Assembly (NCBI GenBank): GCA_965367815.1
Contig: CBDUKN010000004.1
Coordinates: forward strand, 1 to 64,000
Origin: an uncultured Thermoprotei archaeon
GTDB taxonomy: Archaea; Thermoproteota; Thermoprotei; Thermofilales; B15-G2
DNA: 64,000 bases
Reading direction: 5' to 3'
How positions within the stretch are numbered: the first letter of the stretch is position 1; each line of letters starts with the position of its first letter. The notes beneath the pieces are model-generated. The model worked only from the letters and a program-made list of their open reading frames with translations. It searched no databases and was not told where the DNA came from. Both the position numbers and the translations under genes were made by a program. Positions 1-9,784 of the stretch are shown one piece after another.

Positions 1-410
1 GCAGCCCCCAAGGGTGGGGCTGCCCGCCCATTAAAGGGGAACGTGAGATGGGTTTAGACCGTCGTGAGACAGGTCGGTCTCTACCTGCCGGGGGTGTCGG
101 CCGCCTGAGGGGAAGGTGCCCCCAGTACGAGAGGAACGGGGCGCCGCGGCCTCTAGTGTACCGGTTGTCCGGCAGGGCAGTGCCGGGCAGCCACGCCGTA
201 GGGGATAAGGGCTGAAAGCATCTAAGCCCGAAGCCCTCCCCGAAAAGAGGCGGCCATTCCCCAGCGCTTGGGGGCGGGCGACCGCTCCTGTGCTGGGGAC
301 GAGGGCTCCCGTAGAAGACGGGGTTGATGGGGTGGGGGTGTAAGCGCCGAGGCCCGTTAGGGCCGAGGCGCTCAGCCCGCCACTCCCAATCGCCCGAGGC
401 GCTGTGTCTG
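1..410 (+). rRNA. 23S rRNA, 3' part (domains V-VI; 5' truncated by window, 3' end approximate)
   Basis: Conserved LSU motifs GGGTTTAGACCGTCGTGAGACAGGT, sarcin-ricin loop AGTACGAGAGGAAC (124-137) and GCTGAAAGCATCTAAG; very GC-rich. Confidence 0.97.
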
Positions 411-619
411 CTGGGGTCCCGGTTCCGGGCGTATAGGTCACACCTCTACACGGCGCTGAGCGGGAGGCTTTAGCTTGTTTTCTGCAGTATTCTGTGTAGT
501 GCTTTATGTAGAGCAATGTGTGGATGTATGTGTTCTGTAGGTTTTCTTGAGAAGTTTGTGAGACTAGGTTTGGTCTTTGCGGGGGCTTGATGTTTTGTGA
601 AGCTACTATAAGGATATGC

Positions 620-1359
620 CTGAATGCGTAGTCGACGCCTGATTATCTTGGTTTGTTAAAGAGTGTAGTGACGAGGATCTTGTGAAGTATGTTGATAGAG
701 TTTACGGCTGGGTTAAGAGGGCTTTGAAGAGTGATTAGATTGAGGCTTGTGAGAAGGCTGTTTACGGCTTGTGTAAGATTACTATGAGGGATCCTAGATA
801 CAGAGATAATGTTTTGCGTATTTTGGATGAAGTTGCTTTAAGGGATAGTCGGTATGAGGTGAGAAATGCTGCTTTAGCGAATATTGTTGCTATTAAGTAT
901 GGCTGGGAGAAAGTCAATGAAGTGAAGGGGCTGGCTGGTAAGTTTAGGCGCGAGCAGGATATCGAGGGCTTGCTCGAGCTTCTTGCTTCTAGTGAGCCTT
1001 ATTTTAGGCGTGTAGCTGCTTGGAGTCTCTATAGGCTGTGTAAGAGGTTGAGCGGAGTCTCTGTAAGTACTTATCAATCTTGTTGACGATAAGTATCCTT
1101 GTTTGAGTCTTATAGGCTTCGTGCTTACTGGCTTTACTTCGGCGAAAAAGCTAAGGATGTTTTGTTGAGGCTGGTTTGCGACGAGCATCCTAAAGTAAGA
1201 GTTGAGGCTGCTCAATACCTACTTGAGTTGGCTAGGAAGGATGTTTTATGTAGAGAGGAAATTGAGTTTATTGGGGAGAAGCTTTGCGAGTGTCTTTCGA
1301 GGAGTTTTGACGATTATATTGAGGATGAGGTGGAAGACTTGCTTGAGGAGCTTCGTTAG
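620..1359 (+). pseudogene. Degraded HEAT/PBS-repeat protein
   Basis: HEAT-like motifs (LRDSRYEVRNAAL, LASSEPYFRRVAAWSL, LVCDEHPKVRVEAAQYL) split across ORFs 769-1086 and 1099-1359; the frame continues upstream past an in-frame TAG at 736-738. Confidence 0.6.
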
Positions 1360-1901
1360 CTAGTTTAGTAGAGTTTTGATGTGAGTTTTCTGTGGGCTGT
1401 TTATGATGCTTATGGGTATCTTTTAGAGTATGGAGGCGATGACGAATAAGCTATTAATAAAGTTGTAAAGAAAGGTGAGAAGAAAAAGGAAAAAGTAGTG
1501 GGGTGTTTTGTTTTATTTTATTTACAATGCTAGGGTCTGCTTGGTTTGGGGGATAGGTTGGTGGGTAAGCTATTTGGATGTTTTATTGAGTTAAAGCGAT
1601 GTGGTACTGGAGTAGTGCTGAGTGATAGTGGCTTGTGTGCTGAGAATGAGAGTTGAGAAGTTTTATTGAGTGGGAGGCTTAAAGTATTGGGGTAGGAAGG
1701 CTCGCTGTAGTTGCTCTGTGTTGGCTACTGAGACGCCGGTAGTGTAGTATAAGAGTTTTTCTAGTAAAGAAGTTAGCTGCCGCGCTGCTACGTATACTTA
1801 TAGGCTTTGCTCTCTACTTAAGGAGTGCTAATTAGATGGAAGTCTTTAGGGTGAGGTGGCGGTTTGCTAGAGTAGCTGGAAGTAGTTGTTAAGAAGACGG
1901 T

Positions 1902-1913
1902 AAACCTTATTAG
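1902..1913 (+). promoter_or_regulatory. BRE/TATA promoter of tRNA-Gln
   Basis: AAACCTTATTAG about 25 nt upstream of the tRNA 5' end. Confidence 0.55.
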
Positions 1914-1935
1914 ACTGTATTAATATTAGTGTTTC

Positions 1936-2012
1936 AGCCCGGTGGTGTAGCGGTCAAGCATGGGGGGCTTTGGACCCCCAGATCCCGGGTTCGAATCCCG
2001 GCCGGGCTACCA
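1936..2012 (+). tRNA. tRNA-Gln(UUG), CCA encoded
   Basis: Cloverleaf AGCCCGG...CCGGGCT-A-CCA; anticodon arm GGGGG-CTTTGGA-CCCCC; T-loop TTCGAAT; A1-U72 pair typical of archaeal tRNA-Gln. Confidence 0.96.
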
Positions 2013-2118
2013 ATTTTCTTCTGGAATTTTTGTTACTTAACCTTAGGTCTTTTTTGCCAAAAAAATAGAGAATTTTTCTGAAGGAGAATTGTTTTTGCGG
2101 CATCTCAACTAATCCCTA

Positions 2119-2450
2119 TTCAACCTATATCTTTTGCTACATTTATTGCGAATTTAGCTCTTATTGGTTCTTCCTCATCTAAGAAGACAACGTCTATATT
2201 GTTGTTCAAAGTCTCTTTATGCATAGGAGTAGCATGAACATTGCCAGTAAATATTGGAAAATAGTGTCCCGCTTCTCTTTAAACATCTTAGCAACTCCAT
2301 ACCCCTTAGGAGCGGTTGGTATTATCGCTGAAAACTCTATAATGTCGAGGTGCTGGCTCTTTATCTTATGTCCTTCCCTCTTATGAACAGTGGTAATTTA
2401 GGTAGAACCTGGAGGAAGAGCCTTAATGTCGGCAGCTTTTCTATGGATTC
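2119..2450 (-). pseudogene. Remnant of a cobalamin-binding radical SAM protein (B12-binding domain)
   Basis: Manual translation gives KIKSQHLDIIEFSAIIPTAPKGYGVAKMFKEK, a frameshift, then PIFTGNVHATPMHKETLNNNIDVVFLDEEE, resembling the DIVGFS...GGxHAT...DVVVxGEGE signature. Confidence 0.6.
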
Positions 2451-2681
2451 TAAGAGAAAAAGATGAGTAATATACGCAATGAGCATGTCACTAGGAAGGC
2501 AAGCTATTGAATTGCTTCTTAATAGCTATAATATTTTTATGTGTTTCATTTTTCTTACCATTCTATAAATATTTTACTTAGAAATGTGTGCTAGGCATAC
2601 AAAAGCATTTTCGATTGTTTTCTCACTGGTTTAATAATGTAATCAGCTATCAGGTTTCGTTATTTTCGAAAAGGTTTCAAT

Positions 2682-2746
2682 TGACCAATTGGATTGACTA
2701 ACCGGTAAGTTTATATAGGTTTTAACTGTTTCTGACCCGGTGGTCA
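2682..2746 (+). promoter_or_regulatory. Promoter (TTTATATA 2710-2717) flanked by TGACC-N4-GGTCA operator-like palindromes
   Basis: Perfect TGACC-CGGT-GGTCA at 2733-2746; degenerate copies at 2695-2708 and 2682-2695. Confidence 0.7.
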
Positions 2747-2751
2747 ACATA

Positions 2752-3846
2752 GTGGATTCAGCAAGAATAGCTACTCATCTTAAAAAAATATCTAGTAGTC
2801 TATGTAATACTTGTAATCCTAATTGCTCTTCCTATTGGATACTGTAATGCAGGTTACTTTAAGACTCATAAAGAAACTATTAAGAATGTAATACTTTTTC
2901 TCGCTATAGGGACTCATCTTCCATCGATGATACAGTTGCGGTCCGAGAAGATGGGCAAAGAGCTGCGATTTAAGCTAAAGGAAGTAGGAGTCGCGATAGT
3001 TGTAATATTTATCATTACGCCATTACTTGCAATGCTATTTGCAAGCCATATAGGTAATAGGGTTATTGGTGTCGGCTATATTGCTGCTAATTCCGTACCT
3101 GTATCTAGTGCTTCAGTAGCTTATGTTATGCTCGCTGGAGGTAATATAGAGCTTGCGACAGTTCTAGTTATTCTAAGTGTACTTATGGCATTATTTGCCG
3201 CGCCAACATATATAGCTTTATATGCGCAGAGTGTTCACATAAGTTTGCCGATAACAGTTCTAATTGAATCAGTTGTAGTAGCTCTTCTATTCCCACTAAT
3301 TCTCGGACAGGTAGTAAGGTACTACTCCGTAAGGAGAAAGGCTGAGAAGCTAGCACGAGCTTCTAAAGGAGAGCTTGAATGCACAGGGGGAAACATATTA
3401 GATGCCGAAGATAAAGGAGTAAAAGAATGTTTAGAGAATAAAATAATGAAAATAATAAAGCCGTATTTATCTATATGGACGATAACTTTCATGCTAGTAT
3501 TAATAGGGGTTCTAATAGCGAATAAAGCTAGATTACTCATATCAAACCCAAGTCTAGCATTATATGTTATCTCAGCACAGTTGGTAATTTACACAGCAAT
3601 TATATTGGTTCTCATAATTGCTAGTAAGATATTGAGTATAAGGTATAGAGATCATATGGCCATGACATTCATTTCTCTAACTAAGATCAAAGTGTCGCGG
3701 CAACCATGACAGTCCTAGCTATAGGTCCAACTGCAGCCATTCCAGCAGTATTAATTCCAGCTATACAGCCTCTAATAGCAATATTGTATATTTCAGCAGC
3801 ACATATTGTAAAAAGAATGCTTGAAGAGAAGGGCGGTGAGCAATGA
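2752..3846 (+). pseudogene. ACR3/bile-acid:sodium symporter family transporter with two frameshifts
   Basis: GTG start 2752; one extra A in the A7 run 2782-2788; 1-nt loss near 3686 (restoring it gives TKNQSVAATMTVLAIGPTAAIPAVLIPAIQP...EQ*); TGA 3844-3846 overlaps the TetR ATG; multi-TM with BASS-like motifs. Confidence 0.8.
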
Positions 3847-4406
3847 TTAAAAATAAGGAGCTTATGAGGGAGAGAATTATATTAGCTGCAATGAAGGTTT
3901 TCTCAAGATATGGTTTTTTCAAGGCACCAATACATCTCATAGCTAAGGAAGCCGGAGTTTCTAAGGGTCTAGTGTTCTGGTATTTTAGGAGCAAACGAGA
4001 ACTAATTATAGAAGTTGCTAAACGAAGTCTTCCGCTAGAAATTATTGATTCATGTCTGGAATCGGGATTATCTGGTGAAAAAATACTTGAGTGTATTGGG
4101 AAAGGCTATATGAAAAAATACAGGGATCCAGTCCAACGGAATCTTCTTTTACATACAATGGCTTTAGAATCACTATATGAAGAAATAGCTAAAGAAATAA
4201 ACAGTTTGTGCGAAGAAAAAATCAGTAAAGTAGCAGAAAAAGTATTTGGTAGGTCTTCGATTAAGGGAAAAGTCGCTTTAAGAGCATTCTTCGGAGGATT
4301 AATGTGCTATGTGCTCAGAAAACCTAAGGATGTGAATGAAGAAGTTTTTATAAAGAACTTAGTAAATATAACAATAGCCGGATTTAAAAATGTGAGGGAG
4401 TCTTGA
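3843..4406 (+). CDS. TetR/AcrR family transcriptional regulator
   Basis: N-terminal HTH IAKEAGVSKGLVFWYFRSK. Confidence 0.93.
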   Translation: MIKNKELMRERIILAAMKVFSRYGFFKAPIHLIAKEAGVSKGLVFWYFRSKRELIIEVAKRSLPLEIIDSCLESGLSGEKILECIGKGYMKKYRDPVQRNLLLHTMALESLYEEIAKEINSLCEEKISKVAEKVFGRSSIKGKVALRAFFGGLMCYVLRKPKDVNEEVFIKNLVNITIAGFKNVRES

Positions 4407-4763
4407 ATTATATGAAACATCAATATTGTTAACACAACTAGCATTTATATTTGTTAGTCAATTTATTGCGAGAAACAGCTACTTATTGTAGATATTGCCA
4501 ATAATATTAATATTATTAAATTTGGTTTTAAGACCCATGTTCTAGGGCTAGTTTTAATCAAAACAGCTTTTTATAGCATCGCTAGGCATAACTCTCTACC
4601 ACATAATATTATAGCTATGAAGCCTCTTAACTCTCTCCAATAGTATAGGTTATCATTTACGTAAATTAGAATCACCAAGAAAAGCGCCAAGAATTTGGAG
4701 TAATTGCAAAGCTACACTCATCGATCTATACATTCATTTCCTACATCACAGGCATTGTAATAG

Positions 4764-4838
4764 CGGGCCCGCCGGGATTTGAACCCGGGTCCTGCGGCTC
4801 CGGAGGCCGCCGCTCTATCCTGGCTGAGCTACGGGCCC
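4764..4838 (-). tRNA. tRNA-Arg(CCG)
   Basis: Reverse complement GGGCCCG...CGGGCCC-G; anticodon arm GCGGC-CTCCGGA-GCCGC; CCA not encoded. Confidence 0.95.
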
Positions 4839-4939
4839 TGCTGTTAATTTGTACTAGGAGAGTAATATAGTTGCTGTAGTAATAGTTTTTGAGTATTTGA
4901 GTTAAGTTAATAGGTTTGCTGTTTGTGTGATATAGCGTA

Positions 4940-7528
4940 ATGGTGGGGGAGGAAGAGGTTTTGGAGGTAGAGGAGTTTGAGGAGAAAGTTGAGGCTGGGA
5001 CTCGTTTTAAGGCTGAGGTAGCGTATAATACTGGTCCTTGTCTCTTGCTCTCTGTCACATATGATGGTGAGCAAGGGAAGGCGCTTCTGAAGCTCTATGA
5101 CTATGAGAATAAGAAAATGTATTTCTGGTATGACAATACAGGTCATAAGCCCTACTGTCTTTCGGATGTGTCTCCCGAAGAACTTGTTAAAAACTACCCT
5201 GAGGTAGTTAGGCACAGGGGCTTTGATCACTTTGAAGTTGTGTCTAAATATGATTTAATTAGGGACCGCGAAGTAGTGTTGACTAAAATTATCGCCAAGG
5301 ATCCTTTGGCTATAGGTGGCCGCAAGGACTCTATTAGAGAGATATTGAAGGGGAGAGTGTGGGAGGCTAGAATAAGATATCACCTGTGCTACATTTACGA
5401 TAGGAGGCTCATTCCGGGAATGATTTACCGTGTCAGGAATGGAAAAATAGAGCCGATCAAGCCTCATGTTCCCGAAGACTTGGTAGACAAGGTAGCGAGA
5501 TACTATCCTGAGAAGCTGAGAGACGAGATCAAAGAGTGGTGTGAGCTGCTACTCTCAGATATCCCCAAGATAGAGAGAGTGGCGATGGACATCGAGGTCT
5601 TCAGTCCTCAGCCGGACAGAGTGCCTAATCCCAGCGATGCTCTCTACGAAGTAATAGCAGTAGCTATTTCGGCTACAGATGGCTTGAAGAAAGTACTCTT
5701 ACTTAAAAGAGAGTTCGCTGACGGAAGAACTCAAGAGATATTAGTAAATGGAGACTATAAAGTAGAGTTCTACGAGAGCGAAAGAGAGCTTCTAAAAGAG
5801 GTCTTCAGAATTCTGACGAAGTATCCTGTGGTGCTTACTTTCAACGGCGATAACTTTGACCTTCGGTATCTTTTCCACAGAGCGCTGAAGCTCGGCTTTA
5901 GTAGAGAAGAAATACCGATAGTGCTTACACAGAACGAGGCGAGGATTCCTGTGAGCATACACATTGATCTTTACAAGTTTTTCTTCAATAAAGCTATACA
6001 GAACTACGCTTTTGGAGGAGCCTATAAGGAATCAAAAACACTAGACTCTATTGCCGAAGCGCTGTTAGGTGTAGGTAAAATACACTTGCTTAAGCCTATA
6101 AGTGAGCTCGATTATAGCGAGCTCGCGAAGTACTGTTTCAGAGACGCCGACTTGACTCTCAGGCTGACGACGTTTAACGACGACCTCACTATGAACTTGA
6201 TAATTCTCTTGATGAGAATAGCTAAGCTCCCTATGGACGATCTCACGAGGAGCGGTGTCTCTAACTGGATAAAGAACATGATGTATTTCGAGCACAGAAA
6301 GAAAAACTATTTAATACCGGAGCCCGACGACTTGCAGAGACTCAAAGGCCAGGTAGTGACAAAAGCTATTATAAAGGGAAAGAAATACCTTGGAGCAATA
6401 GTTATTACACCTGTTCCTGGAGTCTTTTTTGACGTAGTCGTAGTAGACTTCGCCTCTCTGTACCCCTCTGTAATCAAGAAGTGGAACTTGTCCTATGAGA
6501 CAGTCCGCTGTCCACATCCCGAGTGCCGAGACAACATTATACCTGGCACAAATCACTGGGTCTGCAAGAAGAAAGTAGGTATTTCGTCTAAAGTAGTAGG
6601 CTTCTTGAGAGATCTGAGAGTCTATGTCTTCAAGCCTCTCTCGAAAGACAAGAATATTCCTCTAGAAGAGAGAGTTAGATATAAAGTGATTCAGAGTGCG
6701 CTCAAAGTATTTATTAACGCGAGTTACGGAGTATTCGGTGCGGAAACATTTCCTCTATATTGTCCGCCTGTGGCAGAAAGCACTACTGCCTTAGGAAGGC
6801 ACGCGATCTCGAGGAGCATACTCAAAGCTCTCGAGCTCGGCTTGACTGTGCTCTACGGTGACACGGACAGCCTTTTTCTCTGGATGCCCGATAGAAACAA
6901 GCTTAAAGAGCTATTTGAGTGGGTTGACGAAGAGCTGGGAATCGACCTTGACGTAGATAAGGAGTATAAGTTCGTGGCTTTTAGTGGCCGCAAGAAAAAC
7001 TACCTCGGAGTTCTTAAAGATGGAGGAAAAGTCGACATAAAGGGTTTAGTTGGTAAGAAGAGAAACACGCCGGAGTTTATTAAAAAGTTGTTCAACGAGA
7101 TAGTCGATGAGCTCGCGAAAATAGAGACTCTGGAGGACCTCGAGAAGGCTATTGACGCTGTTAAGGAAATTACGAAAGACACGTATATAAAGCTGAAGAA
7201 GAGGCAAATACCTTTGAATGAGTTATCTATTAAAGTGACTCTTTCAAAACACCCTGATCAGTACACCAAAAATACTCCACAGCATGTTAAAGCCGCGAGG
7301 CAGCTTATGGCTGTAGGCAAGAATATTGATGTAGGCGATGTAATAAGCTTTGTTAAAGTCAGAGGGCACGACGGGGTGAAAGCTTTGCAGCTCGCGAGAA
7401 TAGATGAGATAGACGAGGAAAAGTACTTGGCGCATATTAGGACAAGCTGCGAGCAGATTCTAGAGGCTTTAGGTATATCATTTGATGAGATAACAGGAGA
7501 TATGCATTTAACAGAGTTCTTCGCTTAA
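4940..7528 (+). CDS. polB1: DNA polymerase B1 (crenarchaeal PolB1)
   Basis: Exonuclease motifs DIEV and FNGDNFD; polymerase motifs DFASLYPS, KVFINASYG, YGDTDS; PolB1-type N-terminus (WYDNTGHKPY); no intein. Confidence 0.96.
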   Translation: MVGEEEVLEVEEFEEKVEAGTRFKAEVAYNTGPCLLLSVTYDGEQGKALLKLYDYENKKMYFWYDNTGHKPYCLSDVSPEELVKNYPEVVRHRGFDHFEVVSKYDLIRDREVVLTKIIAKDPLAIGGRKDSIREILKGRVWEARIRYHLCYIYDRRLIPGMIYRVRNGKIEPIKPHVPEDLVDKVARYYPEKLRDEIKEWCELLLSDIPKIERVAMDIEVFSPQPDRVPNPSDALYEVIAVAISATDGLKKVLLLKREFADGRTQEILVNGDYKVEFYESERELLKEVFRILTKYPVVLTFNGDNFDLRYLFHRALKLGFSREEIPIVLTQNEARIPVSIHIDLYKFFFNKAIQNYAFGGAYKESKTLDSIAEALLGVGKIHLLKPISELDYSELAKYCFRDADLTLRLTTFNDDLTMNLIILLMRIAKLPMDDLTRSGVSNWIKNMMYFEHRKKNYLIPEPDDLQRLKGQVVTKAIIKGKKYLGAIVITPVPGVFFDVVVVDFASLYPSVIKKWNLSYETVRCPHPECRDNIIPGTNHWVCKKKVGISSKVVGFLRDLRVYVFKPLSKDKNIPLEERVRYKVIQSALKVFINASYGVFGAETFPLYCPPVAESTTALGRHAISRSILKALELGLTVLYGDTDSLFLWMPDRNKLKELFEWVDEELGIDLDVDKEYKFVAFSGRKKNYLGVLKDGGKVDIKGLVGKKRNTPEFIKKLFNEIVDELAKIETLEDLEKAIDAVKEITKDTYIKLKKRQIPLNELSIKVTLSKHPDQYTKNTPQHVKAARQLMAVGKNIDVGDVISFVKVRGHDGVKALQLARIDEIDEEKYLAHIRTSCEQILEALGISFDEITGDMHLTEFFA

Positions 7529-7533
7529 ATACT

Positions 7534-7815
7534 GTGATTACTCAGAGCGATTTAATGAAGTTGTCTCTCTGGGCTCGGAAAAACGAAGCTAGAATAGTTT
7601 TTGAGCTCGAAGGCAGGTATGACTTAGTTGTAGACAGGTATATTCACGCTGAAGACAAGACTGGCCGGAGAGTCTCCTGGAGTGAGGCTTTCGGCTCTCT
7701 TCCTCCGGGAGAAGTTTTAGCCAGGTTTAAGGTGAAGAGAGTAATTCTTTTCTATAAGGGCAGTAAAAAAGAAATGTCGGTTAAAGATGTAAAAAGTATA
7801 GTTAAGGGTCTTTAA
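7534..7815 (+). CDS. Small hypothetical protein co-oriented directly after polB1
   Basis: 93-aa ORF starting 5 nt after the polB1 stop, protein-like composition. Confidence 0.7.
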   Translation: MITQSDLMKLSLWARKNEARIVFELEGRYDLVVDRYIHAEDKTGRRVSWSEAFGSLPPGEVLARFKVKRVILFYKGSKKEMSVKDVKSIVKGL

Positions 7816-7862
7816 ATCGCTAAAATAGAAAACCTTAAATGAGAGTTGTGGTGGATTGTTCT

Positions 7863-7956
7863 GGGCCCGTAGCTTAGCCTGGTAGAGCACCGGGCTCTTA
7901 AGGACTCTGAGCCCGGGGCGACCCGGGGGTCGCGGGTTCAAATCCCGCCGGGCCCG
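7863..7956 (+). tRNA. tRNA-Lys(CUU) with 20-nt intron at 37/38 (7901-7920)
   Basis: Anticodon arm CCGGG-CTCTTA[intron]A-CCCGG; BHB geometry: CTCT/GGGG central helix, TAA and CGA bulges. Confidence 0.92.
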
Positions 7957-9771
7957 CTACTCCTCTTCCTCCTCTTCTTCTTTCTCCGGCACATAATAAT
8001 ACTCTTTGAGGACCGTTTTCTGGTAGCGATCTAGCCAAGAGCCCTCTTTGTTTATTCTAGGTCTTCCTGTCTGGAGGTCGCGTCTGAATGTTATATCGAG
8101 GTTTTTGAGAAACAGGTTCATTCCCTCTCTCAGACCCATGGGTCTGTGTGCGTAGCCTCTTTTGCCTCTCTCGCCTTCAAACACCATTACTGATGAAGAG
8201 AGGAAGTCTTGAGCGATTATGTCGTGCTCTACTACGAAGACAGCGACTTTCTTTTCTTCAGCTATTCTCTTAATTAAGCGGGCTGTGCTGAATCTCTGCT
8301 CGACGTCTAAGTAGGCCATGGGCTCGTCTAGTAGATATATGTCTGCGTCTTTGAGTAGGCACGCGGCTATAGCGGCTGCCTGTAGTTCTCCGCCCGATAG
8401 TGAAGAGAGGTCTCTGTCTAGCAGTTTTTCTAGACGCAGAGGTCTCACTATGTCTGTTAAATCTTTTGAAGAAAGTGTAGTGCCCTTGGCTTCCTCTAGA
8501 TACTCTGATACAGTTCCCTCGAATTTTATTTCGGAGAGGTACTGTGGCTTGTAGCTGAGCGAGAGCTCTGTGTAGGCCTCTATTGAGCCTTCTTTCGGCT
8601 TAATTATTCCCGCAAGAGTTTTTACGAAAGTTGTTTTCCCTATGCCGTTGGGCCCCAGTATTCCTACTACTTCTCCTCTGTAGGCTTCTCCTTCTTCTAC
8701 GTGTAGCTCGAATTCGTCTAAAGATATTTTTAGGTCAGACCAGTGGAGGGCTAGGTCTTCTTTAGGGAAACTTCTCTCAGGAGGTTTTAGGTGAAATACT
8801 ATAGGCTCTTCTCTAATCCTCATGTTTTCGTCTCTTAAATAGCCTTGGAGAAACGCGTTTATTCCCGTTCGGACGCCTTTAGGAAGAGACACTATTCCGT
8901 AGGCTCCAGGCACGCCGTAGAGTATGCAGACGTAGTCTGCTACGTAGTCTAAGACGGCTAGGTCGTGCTCGACGACTATTACGTACTTTTCCTCAGTAAG
9001 AAGACGTCTAATGGCTTTCGCTACTCTGATTCTCTCGCTTACATCTAGATAGCTAGAAGGTTCGTCGAATACATAAATGTCGGCTTCTCTCAGAAGAGAG
9101 GCTGCGATAGCTAGGCGCTGAAGCTCGCCTCCACTCAAGTATTTTACTTCTCTCTTCCTTATGTACTCGAGTCCAAGAGTCTTTATTACTTCGTTTAGAG
9201 AACTTTTTTCATCGATATTTCTTAAGATATCTTCGACGGTCCCCTTAACGTACTTCGGGATTTTGTCTATGTATTGTGGCTTATGCACTACTCTGAGTTT
9301 CTTGTCGAAAATTTTTGTAAAGTACTCGAAGAGCTCGCTGCCCCTGAAGGCTTTTAGTATTTCGGAAGGCTTAGGAGGAGAGTCTACTTTCCCTAGGTTA
9401 GGGAGAATTTCTCCGGCGAGGATTCTAATGGCCGTGGTTTTACCTATGCCGTTTGCACCTATAAGTCCTAGCGCTTTACCAGGGCGCGGAAGAGGGAGTC
9501 TGTATAGCTTGAATCCATTGGGTCCATATCTGTGTACACAAAACTTTTCGTATTCGTCGGGCAGATTAACTATTTTTATTGCTTTAAATGGACACTTTTT
9601 AACGCAGATGCCGCAGCCTGCGCATAGTTCTTCGTGAATAATAGGTTTTCCGTCTTCGCCGAACTCTATAGTCTGGTCTCCAGCCCTTACTTTGGGGCAG
9701 AATCTATAGCACTCTTTGTTACAGCGCTTCGGCTTGCAGAGAGTCTTATCTACTACAGCTATCCGTACCAT
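7957..9771 (-). CDS. rli: ABCE1/Rli1 ribosome recycling ATPase (likely start 9771)
   Basis: N-terminal FeS domain (CKPKRC...CAGCGICVKKCP), two ABC NBDs with LSGGELQ signatures, FRRD...GRPRINK hinge. Confidence 0.96.
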   Translation of the reverse strand: MVRIAVVDKTLCKPKRCNKECYRFCPKVRAGDQTIEFGEDGKPIIHEELCAGCGICVKKCPFKAIKIVNLPDEYEKFCVHRYGPNGFKLYRLPLPRPGKALGLIGANGIGKTTAIRILAGEILPNLGKVDSPPKPSEILKAFRGSELFEYFTKIFDKKLRVVHKPQYIDKIPKYVKGTVEDILRNIDEKSSLNEVIKTLGLEYIRKREVKYLSGGELQRLAIAASLLREADIYVFDEPSSYLDVSERIRVAKAIRRLLTEEKYVIVVEHDLAVLDYVADYVCILYGVPGAYGIVSLPKGVRTGINAFLQGYLRDENMRIREEPIVFHLKPPERSFPKEDLALHWSDLKISLDEFELHVEEGEAYRGEVVGILGPNGIGKTTFVKTLAGIIKPKEGSIEAYTELSLSYKPQYLSEIKFEGTVSEYLEEAKGTTLSSKDLTDIVRPLRLEKLLDRDLSSLSGGELQAAAIAACLLKDADIYLLDEPMAYLDVEQRFSTARLIKRIAEEKKVAVFVVEHDIIAQDFLSSSVMVFEGERGKRGYAHRPMGLREGMNLFLKNLDITFRRDLQTGRPRINKEGSWLDRYQKTVLKEYYYVPEKEEEEEEE

Positions 9772-9784
9772 AGAAGAAACAAAA

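Noticed and set aside
31-516. 161-aa minus-strand ORF
   Set aside because: Antisense shadow of the GC-rich 23S rRNA
4407-4760. AT-rich stretch after tetR as a possible gene remnant or sRNA
   Set aside because: No recognisable reading frame, boxes or stem could be supported
4741-5058. ORFs 4741-5058 and 7717-7941 spanning tRNA genes
   Set aside because: They read through tRNA-Arg/tRNA-Lys and antisense of real genes
4940-7528. Possible intein in PolB1
   Set aside because: Normal length with contiguous motifs; no intein termini or LAGLIDADG motifs
4764-7956. Inverted near-repeats (GGGCCCGTAGCT...CGGGCCCG) flanking polB1, suggesting att sites or an invertible segment
   Set aside because: Both are complete tRNAs with different anticodons; the similarity is ordinary tRNA conservation and no recombinase is present
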